NCBI GenBank assembly: GCA_048940045.1
Contig: JBHLOX010000018.1
Location: 148-24,147, forward strand
Source of the DNA: Promethearchaeota archaeon
GTDB taxonomy: Archaea > Asgardarchaeota > Thorarchaeia > Thorarchaeales > Thorarchaeaceae
Length of the DNA stretch: 24,000 bases
Reading direction: 5' to 3'
Shown here: in pieces, positions 16,603 to 24,000 of the stretch
Layout: every line of letters begins with the position of its first letter
Position numbering within the stretch: position 1 is the stretch's first letter
Notes under the pieces: model-generated
The model's input: the letters and a program-made list of their open reading frames with translations, nothing else
Told to the model about the DNA's origin: nothing
The model's database searches: none
Translations under genes and position numbers: made by a program

Positions 16603-17433
16603 ATGAGCTTGAGTGAACAAATGGATTTCAAGACTCTAATTCAATACCTAAGCGCAATAGCATTAGCGTTGTTCTTCCTGATCTACTTGCCTTGGACATA
16701 TTTGTCTGATGCAGTACTTGCTAATGTTGGATTGACTTGGGTCTACTACTTTACTCTAGTAATCGGACTTCTATTCCCGATGTACTATGCCATAGAAAAG
16801 GAGAATACAGCCTGGATTATGTTAGGCCTATCCCTCATTCTTAATTCAATAATATGGATGGCACTAGATGCCACACAGATTGCTGCAGCAGTCCTAGTCC
16901 TGCTAACAGGACTACTGTTCTTCATCGCACCCTTCATTGAGAACAGAGTTGGGAACTGGGATCTCATCAGGAACCTATTCCATTTCCTGAAAGGTCTATT
17001 CCTGGTTCTTGCTGTGGCTTTCTATGCAGGTTTCAATATGGATGGGATGATTGGTCTTACTAGTGCCAACCACATCATGCCCCAGTTCATCTATATGGGT
17101 GGCGGCATTATGATTGCTTTCGCATTCATACTCATGTGCTATGGTCTCTTTAACATCTTCAAGATGTTCTTGGGAGAGAAGATTGGAGCATTCTTTGGTG
17201 ATCTAGCTAAGGTGTTCTACATGCTAATGGTGCTTGTCTTCCTGCTAGGTATTGTATACAACGCAACAGCCTACACATTCCTCAATCCGTGGGGATACGC
17301 AACAGGAACCTCAGCATCAATAGACTTCTTTGCCGGCTTATTTGCACTTGGAACTACTAACCTAGGGGCAATCCTACTGATTATCCTGTTCATCTATGGG
17401 ATGACTAAGATTGTAAAGAAGTTCGAGCAGTAA
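16603..17433 (+). CDS. Hypothetical polytopic membrane protein (about 8 TM)
   Basis: 276 aa, almost entirely hydrophobic helices. AGGAGA lies 3-4 nt upstream of the ATG, and a strong hairpin terminator lies downstream. I recognise no family. Confidence 0.65.
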   Translation: MSLSEQMDFKTLIQYLSAIALALFFLIYLPWTYLSDAVLANVGLTWVYYFTLVIGLLFPMYYAIEKENTAWIMLGLSLILNSIIWMALDATQIAAAVLVLLTGLLFFIAPFIENRVGNWDLIRNLFHFLKGLFLVLAVAFYAGFNMDGMIGLTSANHIMPQFIYMGGGIMIAFAFILMCYGLFNIFKMFLGEKIGAFFGDLAKVFYMLMVLVFLLGIVYNATAYTFLNPWGYATGTSASIDFFAGLFALGTTNLGAILLIILFIYGMTKIVKKFEQ

Positions 17434-17447
17434 ATTCAACCAATTTT

Positions 17448-17490
17448 GGAAAGGGAGGAATTCCTCCTTTTCCTTCCTCTTTCTTTTCTG
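17448..17490 (+). terminator. Strong hairpin + pyrimidine/T-rich tail downstream of the 8-TM gene
   Basis: An 11-bp stem (ggaaagggagg 17448-17458 with cctccttttcc 17463-17473, including one G-U pair) closes the loop AATT. The tail ttcctctttcttttctg follows. Confidence 0.55.
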
Positions 17491-17564
17491 TTATGAAACC
17501 CTCACATATTGCTAGGGCTTATAGTTACTCATCAGAAGACTAATTCAAAGACTGGTGACTAAGA

Positions 17565-17825
17565 ATGAAAGCAACTAGAAACAAGCATGCCGAGAAAGTT
17601 GAGAAGGTTGATGTAAAAGTACCTTCATTTGAATCTGTTACGCAAAGATTCCTTTCTTCGTCGAAAAGCAATCAGATACAATGTCCATTTTGTGGTTATC
17701 CTATCGATTTCAAAAAGGGAGTCATATGGCAAGGTCCAGACACATTCACCTGTGGGAGCTGTAAACATCACCTAAGTGTGCAATTGGTTCATCGAGCCCT
17801 GAGAGACCTTGGGTTTGGACCGTAG
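17565..17825 (+). CDS. Small basic zinc-ribbon protein
   Basis: 86 aa with a lysine-rich N-terminus and CPFC-x19-CGSC (C-x2-C...C-x2-C). GGTGA lies 6 nt upstream of the ATG. Confidence 0.55.
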   Translation: MKATRNKHAEKVEKVDVKVPSFESVTQRFLSSSKSNQIQCPFCGYPIDFKKGVIWQGPDTFTCGSCKHHLSVQLVHRALRDLGFGP

Positions 17826-17852
17826 CCAAGTATTTATCCTATATGACTCACC

Positions 17853-18218
17853 TTGTTTATTGGCAAGTTGAAAGAATCACTTTTTGAAATCATTGATAGT
17901 TGGACCTTGACCTTCGATAGGATGAATATGGAAATTACATTGAATGAGGTCTCTAAACCTTTCTATGAACGGAAGGTTAAATTCATACTTCTCGAAGATC
18001 TTTGGGATTTACTTGAGATGGAGGATGACCCACTTGAGTTCATGACTGATATGCGGATGTCGCACCTGATCGAAAAGCTGCTTCGTGATGAAGAACGAGG
18101 AAAAGTAGCGAGATTTGTGCAGATTGAGATTTCTGACTCGCCCGGTTATAACGTTCAGGTCCTGAACTGTGATGAAACAATAGCTCAATTCCCAGAATGG
18201 TTTGAAGAATATGAATGA
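17853..18218 (+). CDS. Small acidic hypothetical protein
   Basis: The 121-aa ORF starts at a TTG. The in-frame ATGs at 17922 and 17928 (the latter preceded by AGGATG) are alternative starts. The sequence is strongly acidic (LLEDLWDLLEMEDDPLEF, FPEWFEEYE). It lies 27 nt downstream of the zinc-ribbon gene. Confidence 0.45.
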   Translation: MFIGKLKESLFEIIDSWTLTFDRMNMEITLNEVSKPFYERKVKFILLEDLWDLLEMEDDPLEFMTDMRMSHLIEKLLRDEERGKVARFVQIEISDSPGYNVQVLNCDETIAQFPEWFEEYE

Positions 18219-18268
18219 ACGACTTGAGATGACTTCAAATCAGGTTTGTTCGAATAATATGATTTGAT

Positions 18269-19309
18269 TCATCCTTCCACGAAATCTGGAAAAGATGGCC
18301 AGACTACATCGTCATCAAGTATTGCTTGGTCAGTAATATCAACAAAGGGATTCCTCATCCATATCACAAAACCTGCAATCGCTGGTGTTATGTTGATTGC
18401 CATTAAGGTGAGAGAGAACGAAACGATACGCGTTGGGTCTATACTTAATCGTGTAAGCATGAATAGTAAAACTCCTTCCCTTATACCTAATCCCTGAATG
18501 GTCACTGGGATTGCCATCATCAATAAGGTAAGACCAAGTGTTACAGCAAGATACGTCCATTCAATTGTCATTTCCAGGGCGAATGCAAGCAAGTATGCCT
18601 GTGAAACATTCAAAACAAACAGGATTGCGGCCAGAGCCAAACTAAGTGCTATTCTTCTACCTCCGATAGCCTTGAACATTGAACGCAGCGTAAAGAAAGC
18701 TCTCCCCCGTATCCCCTCTTTCATCAATCTTCTGAGTCGCGCCTTCATAAATCTCGACCATAGTGTGGCCCTCAGAATGCGATAGAAGAGATATCCTCCA
18801 AGAAGCCAAATGAATCCAATGAGGACTACTTCAATGGAGATATTGACTTCAAGAATAAAAGCCAGAGCCAATATCCCTATTGTGAATGGGATGACTGATC
18901 CCAATATCGCATCTAGCAAGATGCTGATGATTGATTTGTCGACCCGATTTCCTTTGTTTTTCATATACGGTATTCTGATTAAATCCCCAAAACTCCCTGG
19001 AATGACCAGACCTGCTAGGTGAGCCATACATAATGCTTCTGTGGCATGCATTGTACTTAGACGCAGATCCATCCCTTCTGCAATGACTTTCCATCTTGCA
19101 CCTCTAAGAATCATTATTGGCAAGATTGAGAGAATCAAGGTGAGAGTATAGATTGGTGGAATACTAAAGACAGACCCCAGCATACTTTGAATATCTATAC
19201 CCGACATGATGTAGATGAATAATACAATACCAATGAGTCTAGCAGCTTGTTTCAGGAGGCGTGTATAGTTCAAGAAGTGTCTCAACCTTTCCCTTAGAAT
19301 GATAAACAT
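18269..19309 (-). CDS. UPF0104 / lysylphosphatidylglycerol-synthase-TM-like (flippase-like) membrane protein
   Basis: It has about 8 TM segments. LRGARWKVIAEG and IPGSFGDLIRIPYMK fit the R..RW and lP.r.Ge..R motifs of the family. Confidence 0.7.
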   Translation of the reverse strand: MFIILRERLRHFLNYTRLLKQAARLIGIVLFIYIMSGIDIQSMLGSVFSIPPIYTLTLILSILPIMILRGARWKVIAEGMDLRLSTMHATEALCMAHLAGLVIPGSFGDLIRIPYMKNKGNRVDKSIISILLDAILGSVIPFTIGILALAFILEVNISIEVVLIGFIWLLGGYLFYRILRATLWSRFMKARLRRLMKEGIRGRAFFTLRSMFKAIGGRRIALSLALAAILFVLNVSQAYLLAFALEMTIEWTYLAVTLGLTLLMMAIPVTIQGLGIREGVLLFMLTRLSIDPTRIVSFSLTLMAINITPAIAGFVIWMRNPFVDITDQAILDDDVVWPSFPDFVEG

Positions 19310-19400
19310 CGAGTGATGAAGTCTTTATGACTGATGCCAATGAAATCAGAATATATCAATGAATTCTTTTTACTTTCTCTCTGGAGTACAAATTCAACTG

Positions 19401-19448
19401 CTTGAAAATTGCAAAAGAAGTAAGATTCCGGAGCTTTCGCTCCGGAAT
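19401..19448 (-). terminator. Strong hairpin + T-rich tail downstream of the 186-aa gene
   Basis: A perfect 10-bp stem (attccggagc 19425-19434 with gctccggaat 19439-19448) closes the tetraloop TTTC. On the minus strand, cttacttcttttgcaatttt follows. Confidence 0.55.
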
Positions 19449-19460
19449 AAAATCAATAGA

Positions 19461-20021
19461 CTATTCTTGGTAGCCTTTCATGTAGCCCTCTCGCTGATTC
19501 CATTTCTCCTCGAGTCGCTGCATGATAGTCCACATACGATAGGTGTAGTTCCAGGCTTCGTCAAACTTACCCTGGTTCATGTCGTCTTGGAATTCTTCCA
19601 CGACGTCATTGATAGCACCAATATCGTCTATGATGACTGCATCGAACTCGTACACTTGGTCGAGCTCTTTCTCATTGATCTTCTCCTTTGAACCCCATGC
19701 GGCGTATCCGTAATCAGCGTACCTGATAGCTGACTCAATCTTGTCAGTGAGTGCGAGCATCCTGTCGAATGTCTCCCACGTCTTTGTGAGATTGTAGTCA
19801 ACGGCCATCATCTGCAGCTTCTCAAGATCCTGTTTGACAAGCCGAAGCTGGTCTGCCATGAACTCTCGAAGGACCTTGTCAGCGGCGCGTCGTTCTTCCT
19901 TCTCTTGATACCCGTGCCAGCCGGGGATGTAATGAGTGATCTTGCCGAAGAAGCCTCCCTTGATATCCTTGGCAGCCTTCTTTCTGATTCTCTTGGCAAT
20001 TGGGTCAGTTACTTTACCCAT
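19461..20021 (-). CDS. Hypothetical alpha-helical protein with basic N-terminal segment
   Basis: 186 aa. AGGAGA (complement of 20031-20036) lies 9 nt upstream of the ATG, and a 10-bp hairpin terminator lies downstream. After a basic N-terminus (PIAKRIRKKAAKDIKGGFFGKI) comes GYQEKEERRAADKVLREF and then long helical, W/Y-rich segments. I recognise no family. Confidence 0.65.
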   Translation of the reverse strand: MGKVTDPIAKRIRKKAAKDIKGGFFGKITHYIPGWHGYQEKEERRAADKVLREFMADQLRLVKQDLEKLQMMAVDYNLTKTWETFDRMLALTDKIESAIRYADYGYAAWGSKEKINEKELDQVYEFDAVIIDDIGAINDVVEEFQDDMNQGKFDEAWNYTYRMWTIMQRLEEKWNQREGYMKGYQE

Positions 20022-20172
20022 GCTAATGATTCTCCTGAATGTTTACAACCCCTAGGCATCACTAATGGGGTTGACCTGCTTGGGACTATACTTGAGTCCT
20101 TAAAAAAGATGTCACAACCCTATTTGCCTATCATTTGGGTTTCAAGAATCGCCGACAAGGCCGTCCTTAAAT

Positions 20173-22179
20173 ATGATTGATAGTTGCTCGAGGACTATGA
20201 CAGAGCAGGGTGTAATTCGCAAGCCTGACTGGACAATTGATCCAGAAAAAATGCGGTCTATTGCGGATGAAGAAATGAAAAAGATGAAAGAGAAACTTGA
20301 TGAAATTGCGAAGACCCCTCCAAATGAAGTGAATCTACAAACCCTCACTGATTTCGAAGAGGTATTGGGTTCAGTAGAGGACCAACTGGGTTACTTCATT
20401 TTCATCAAGGATGTATCTGTTAACAAAGATCAACGAGACATGGCAGAAGAGATTGAGAAGGATGCTCGTAAATTTGTAAATGAGATATGGGGTAGAAAAG
20501 ATCTCTATGAAGTACTTACCAATCTAGAAGCAGAAATGAACTCTCTAGAGCCAGAAGAAAGGACTCTGCTCGATGATACTCTTAAGGAGTTCAGACACAG
20601 GGGTGCTGCTCTTGATGATGAGAAGAGAAAGGAATTTCTCGAGATCGCAAACAATCTCACAGTTTTGCAAGCAGAATTTCGAAGAATATTGAATGAAATC
20701 ACAACAACTGTAGCCTTCACAGAAGAAGAACTTGAAGGTGTACCACCCTCAGTCTATGAAACTCTAGAAAAGGAGGGGGACAAGTATCTTTGTCCACTTG
20801 ACTATCCAATCTTCATTCCTGTGAGAACCTATGCTAAAAATCCCGAAACTCGAAAGAAGATGCAGATTGCATTCTTACAACGGGGTGGTAAGGAAAACAC
20901 AGAGAAACTTGCTGATGCACTCGCTCTTAGAGACAGACAAGCAAAACTATTGGGATTCTCGAATTTTGCGGAATATGTTCTAACAAGAAAGATGGCAAAG
21001 ACTCCAAAACGTGTTCTTGATTTCATGGATGAGCTAAAGGAGAAACTCACCCCACTTAGTGACAAAGAAACTCTTGTACTCAGAGAGATGAAAGCAAGGG
21101 AACAGAATATACCACTTGAGGATGCAAAGATCGAGGTGTGGGATCTGTTTTACTATCATGAGATGTTAATGAGAGAGAAATACGCAGTTGACCAAAATGT
21201 TGTCAAGGAGTATTTCCCAATGGCATCTGTCATTATGGGAGTACTTAATGTCTATCAAACTGTACTGAACCTTGAGTTTAAAGAACCAGAGGAGCTCAAT
21301 GTCTGGCATGAAGATGTGCAACAGTATGAAGTAATTGATAAGACAAATGGCAAGACCCTTGGCGTTTTCTATCTAGACCTATATCCTCGAGAGGGAAAAT
21401 TCAAGCACTATGCAGTGTTTGACTTTATGGACAGACGAATAGTAGATGGAAAGGAACTCCTCCCAATCTGTGCTATGGTGTCTAACTATGAGAAACCTAC
21501 GGCAGATAAACCATCATTGCTTAATCATCAGGAAGTTGAAACCTTCTTCCATGAGTTTGGACACCTGATGCATGTCATAAGTAATCAATCTAAGTATGCA
21601 AGATTTGGACTGAGTGGAATCCTTCCTGATTTCATAGAAACTCCGTCAATGATGTTTCAGAACTGGGCATGGAAGGAACAGGTTCTCTCAGAACTTTCAG
21701 GTCACTATAAGAATCCCAACAAGAAGCTACCATCTGACCTACTCAAGCGAATGATTGATGCGAAGCTGCTTAACATTGGAACACTACAACTTCGCCAGGT
21801 TGCGTACTCTTTGATAGACATGGTCTATCACTCCAAAGAAGTTGAGGATCCAAATGTTGTTTTCAAGAAGATATTCAATGAGGTCACTAATTATAATCTT
21901 CCAGATGAATCCTGTTTTGAAGCAGGGTTTGATCACCTCATGAATCCCAACTACACAGCGGGCTACTATAGCTACACATGGTCTCAGGTCTATGCGGAAG
22001 ACATCTTCACCAAGTTCGAAAAAAATGGTTTCATGGACTCCAAGACTGGAACTGAATATCGTCAGAAAATCTTGGCTCCTGGTGGAAGTCTGGACCCTGA
22101 TGATATGGTAAAGAGCTTCCTAGGTAGAGAGATGAACACTGAAGCGTTCATGAAGTCCCTTGGGCTAGATGGTAAATGA
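20173..22179 (+). CDS. M3A-family zinc metallo-oligopeptidase (thimet oligopeptidase / oligopeptidase A-like)
   Basis: The HEXXH site is FHEFGHLMH, followed by DFIETPSMMFQNWAW (third ligand, Glu region). The length and the N-terminal helical domain are typical of M3A. The ATG at 20197 is an alternative start. Confidence 0.9.
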   Translation: MIDSCSRTMTEQGVIRKPDWTIDPEKMRSIADEEMKKMKEKLDEIAKTPPNEVNLQTLTDFEEVLGSVEDQLGYFIFIKDVSVNKDQRDMAEEIEKDARKFVNEIWGRKDLYEVLTNLEAEMNSLEPEERTLLDDTLKEFRHRGAALDDEKRKEFLEIANNLTVLQAEFRRILNEITTTVAFTEEELEGVPPSVYETLEKEGDKYLCPLDYPIFIPVRTYAKNPETRKKMQIAFLQRGGKENTEKLADALALRDRQAKLLGFSNFAEYVLTRKMAKTPKRVLDFMDELKEKLTPLSDKETLVLREMKAREQNIPLEDAKIEVWDLFYYHEMLMREKYAVDQNVVKEYFPMASVIMGVLNVYQTVLNLEFKEPEELNVWHEDVQQYEVIDKTNGKTLGVFYLDLYPREGKFKHYAVFDFMDRRIVDGKELLPICAMVSNYEKPTADKPSLLNHQEVETFFHEFGHLMHVISNQSKYARFGLSGILPDFIETPSMMFQNWAWKEQVLSELSGHYKNPNKKLPSDLLKRMIDAKLLNIGTLQLRQVAYSLIDMVYHSKEVEDPNVVFKKIFNEVTNYNLPDESCFEAGFDHLMNPNYTAGYYSYTWSQVYAEDIFTKFEKNGFMDSKTGTEYRQKILAPGGSLDPDDMVKSFLGREMNTEAFMKSLGLDGK

Positions 22180-22192
22180 AAGAAAGAACCGT

Positions 22193-22229
22193 GTAGGGCA
22201 GATTGATGCTGCCCTACTCGTTTTTGTTT
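22193..22229. terminator. Bidirectional hairpin terminator between the convergent M3 peptidase and mat genes
   Basis: A 9-bp stem (gtagggcag 22193-22201 with ctgccctac 22209-22217) closes a 7-nt loop. The + strand continues tcgtttttgttt. The minus strand continues acggttctttctttcattt. Confidence 0.6.
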
Positions 22230-22240
22230 GAACGAATTTT

Positions 22241-23440
22241 CTACCACAGTTGATATTGTCTTTTGACAAAACCTTCCCAGACTCGTGGGAGCTTGCCAAT
22301 GACTTCTTCTACGATTGATTCTGCAGAAGCCTTCACCTTATCAATGTCACATTCTCCATAGAGTTCAACATTGATGGCTTTAGGTTCAGTAATAGGTGCA
22401 CCAATCTGACTCACTAGGTAGCAGTAGACCTGTGACAGGTCTGGGTGTTCCTTGTGAACTCTTTCCACTATTTCTCTGGCTGCCACATTGTAGGTCTTCC
22501 CAACATGTGACACCGGATTCTTTCCAGCAGCAGCTTCAAGGGTCATTGGTCTGTAGGGTGTAATGAGACCGTTTGCACGGTTACCTCTTCCAACCTGCCC
22601 ATCGTCACCGTGTTCAGCTGAAGTACCCGTGACTGTCAAATAGAAGAGATCATCTTCTGGACTATCTGCAGTGTTGACACTTACTTCAGTTTCCATATCA
22701 GTGATTTTGACAGCAAGGTCTTGAACAAGGTTTCTGATTCCCTCCATGACATTGGCATATTCATCCTTGTCCTTTGTCTTGCTGGAGATGATAGCTGCAG
22801 CAACCTGCAGGTGTATCTTATCATCCATCCGGGTCCCCATGATTTTGATATCCTCACCAATCTGAGGCCACTCCTTCTTCACTTTTGCACTGTTCAGGAG
22901 TTGCTCTGATTCTAGAGTGATTAATTCAGTGGGTGAGAGTGGTGCATAACCAACACCAAAGCTTGTGTCATTAGCTCGCGGGACACCTGTTTCCAAATCA
23001 AAGTTACCAACAAGATCAGTACTACCAGCTCGTATCTTGTAATCGATTATGACATCAGAATTCACGTCGAGGTTAGGAAGGTCCTTGCTCAACCAATGTC
23101 TCGTGTGCTCGACTGCGAACTTACCAACCGGCACTTGTCTACTATAGTCCTTGCCGACGATATCTACAGCTCTACCACTCATAAGAATATAAATCGGCTC
23201 GATGACATCTCCGCCACCAAACCTAGAATTGGACTGTCCTCCCACAAGAAGAACCTTGTCAACGTTATGATGTTGAACCTGACCAAAAATTTCCATGTAA
23301 TATTCGCTTAAGCGAACTGATAGTTCCTCCGCGGCTTTATCGCAGAGGGTGTCAGGATGGCCCTTGCCTTTTCGCTCCACAATCTCCACCGGGAGCTTGT
23401 CAACAGAAGGACCTGCTCCACGCGTTACTTTCAAATTCAT
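22241..23440 (-). CDS. mat: Archaeal-type S-adenosylmethionine synthetase (methionine adenosyltransferase)
   Basis: VEIVERKGKGHPDTLCDKAAEELS, LTVTGTSAEHGDDGQVGRGNRANGLITPYRPMTLEAAAGKNPVSHVGK and the 399-aa length match the archaeal MAT family, which is distinct from bacterial MetK. Confidence 0.95.
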   Translation of the reverse strand: MNLKVTRGAGPSVDKLPVEIVERKGKGHPDTLCDKAAEELSVRLSEYYMEIFGQVQHHNVDKVLLVGGQSNSRFGGGDVIEPIYILMSGRAVDIVGKDYSRQVPVGKFAVEHTRHWLSKDLPNLDVNSDVIIDYKIRAGSTDLVGNFDLETGVPRANDTSFGVGYAPLSPTELITLESEQLLNSAKVKKEWPQIGEDIKIMGTRMDDKIHLQVAAAIISSKTKDKDEYANVMEGIRNLVQDLAVKITDMETEVSVNTADSPEDDLFYLTVTGTSAEHGDDGQVGRGNRANGLITPYRPMTLEAAAGKNPVSHVGKTYNVAAREIVERVHKEHPDLSQVYCYLVSQIGAPITEPKAINVELYGECDIDKVKASAESIVEEVIGKLPRVWEGFVKRQYQLW

Positions 23441-23480
23441 TGTAAATCAACTCGTCTTTTCCGCTCGGCGCAAAGGTGTC

Positions 23481-23490
23481 AATATAAAAG
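23481..23490 (-). promoter_or_regulatory. Candidate TATA box for mat
   Basis: The minus strand reads cttttatatt about 45 nt upstream of the mat ATG (23440), within an AT-rich 128-nt divergent spacer. Confidence 0.4.
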
Positions 23491-23568
23491 GGTTGTGCTG
23501 AGTAACGAAAATATGCTATATGGTAATCATAAACATAGATTCATATTACAAATAGGAATATCATACAT

Positions 23569-24000
23569 ATGATTCTCACATCTGCTGACATTAAGAAACT
23601 CAGACGACGAAAAGGCATGACTCAAGCTGAACTCGCATTGAAGATTGGGATTTCACAATCTTACATAGCAAGGCTAGAACGAGGGTCCCTTGATCCGAAG
23701 CTCTCACTCGTTAAGAAGATAGTTGAGGTTCTAACCAGCGACACAGGAAAGATTTGCTCTGAGATTATGACGACAGACCCAATCACTATTGATGCTCGCG
23801 ATGTTGTTTCAACAGCAGTATCCTTGATGCAGGAGAACAACTACTCGCAACTTCCGGTCATGCGTGGCACTCATTTAGTGGGAATCATCACTGAGTGGGA
23901 CATCATCCAAAACCTGCAACATGACCTCCATGAGATTTCAGTGCAAGCTATTATGAGTCCCAGTAGTGTAGTCACGGTTGATGGGAACACCTCAATTGAT
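23569..24000 (+). CDS. XRE-type HTH + CBS-domain transcriptional regulator (COG3620-like), 3' end outside window
   Basis: This CDS is not in the ORF track because no stop occurs in the window. My own translation from the ATG at 23569 gives MILTSADIKKLRRRKGMTQAELALKIGISQSYIARLERGSLDPKLSLVKKI (an HTH_3/XRE motif), then IMTTDPITIDARDVVSTAVSLMQENNYSQLPVMRGTHLVGIITEWDI (CBS motif 1) and the start of a second CBS repeat. The frame stays open for 144 codons to the window edge. Confidence 0.8.
   Translation, partial: MILTSADIKKLRRRKGMTQAELALKIGISQSYIARLERGSLDPKLSLVKKIVEVLTSDTGKICSEIMTTDPITIDARDVVSTAVSLMQENNYSQLPVMRGTHLVGIITEWDIIQNLQHDLHEISVQAIMSPSSVVTVDGNTSID

Noticed and set aside
19321-19375. C/D-box-sRNA-like elements (GTGATGA ... 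CTGA ... TGATG ... CAGA) occur on the + strand upstream of the UPF0104 gene.
   Set aside because: The spacing is wrong because D' and C' overlap. The terminal D box would be CAGA rather than CTGA, and there is no terminal stem. The segment is also the promoter/5' region of the minus-strand gene.
1-24000. I searched the whole window for CRISPR repeats, tandem repeats, IS elements or transposases, integrases, inteins, in-frame stop recoding and replication-origin-like repeats.
   Set aside because: I noticed no spaced direct repeats and no recombinase-like ORFs. All recognisable proteins have normal lengths without insertions or interrupted frames. There is no orc1/cdc6 gene or ORB-like repeated element. 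A by-eye search cannot exclude short or degenerate repeats.

Overview
This is a densely packed archaeal chromosomal segment with about 24 protein-coding genes on both strands. Archaeal markers are a group II chaperonin (thermosome), an archaeal-type S-adenosylmethionine synthetase, Rpo6/RpoK, an Ard1-type N-acetyltransferase, Fap7/AK6 and a class II HisRS. I found no tRNA or rRNA genes, CRISPR array, transposase, integrase or long repeats. Many genes have a GGAGG, AGGAGA or GGTGA Shine-Dalgarno-like motif 6-9 nt before the ATG; I used this to correct four starts in the ORF track (hisS, thermosome, GT-C, Memo). One CDS missing from the track runs off the right edge (23569->24000, XRE-HTH + CBS regulator). 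Several 3' ends carry strong hairpin plus T-tract structures. Most of the window is housekeeping, and the lineage cannot be assigned from sequence alone. I see no clear-cut novel multi-gene system. The best candidates for follow-up are: (1) an RpoK fused to a RadA/Rad51-N-like (HhH)2 domain; (2) a solitary nuclease-less Eco57I/TaqI-C-type N6-adenine methyltransferase, tightly followed by an uncharacterised membrane protein and preceded by an SPFH-zinc-ribbon protein; (3) an HTH-CBS regulator divergent from the SAM synthetase gene, possibly SAM-sensing feedback; (4) a membrane/envelope cluster at 15.1-19.3 kb (PIG-V-like GT-C, 8-TM protein, UPF0104) that encloses a basic zinc-ribbon/acidic small-protein pair. 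All family assignments come from motif recognition by eye. No database search was possible.
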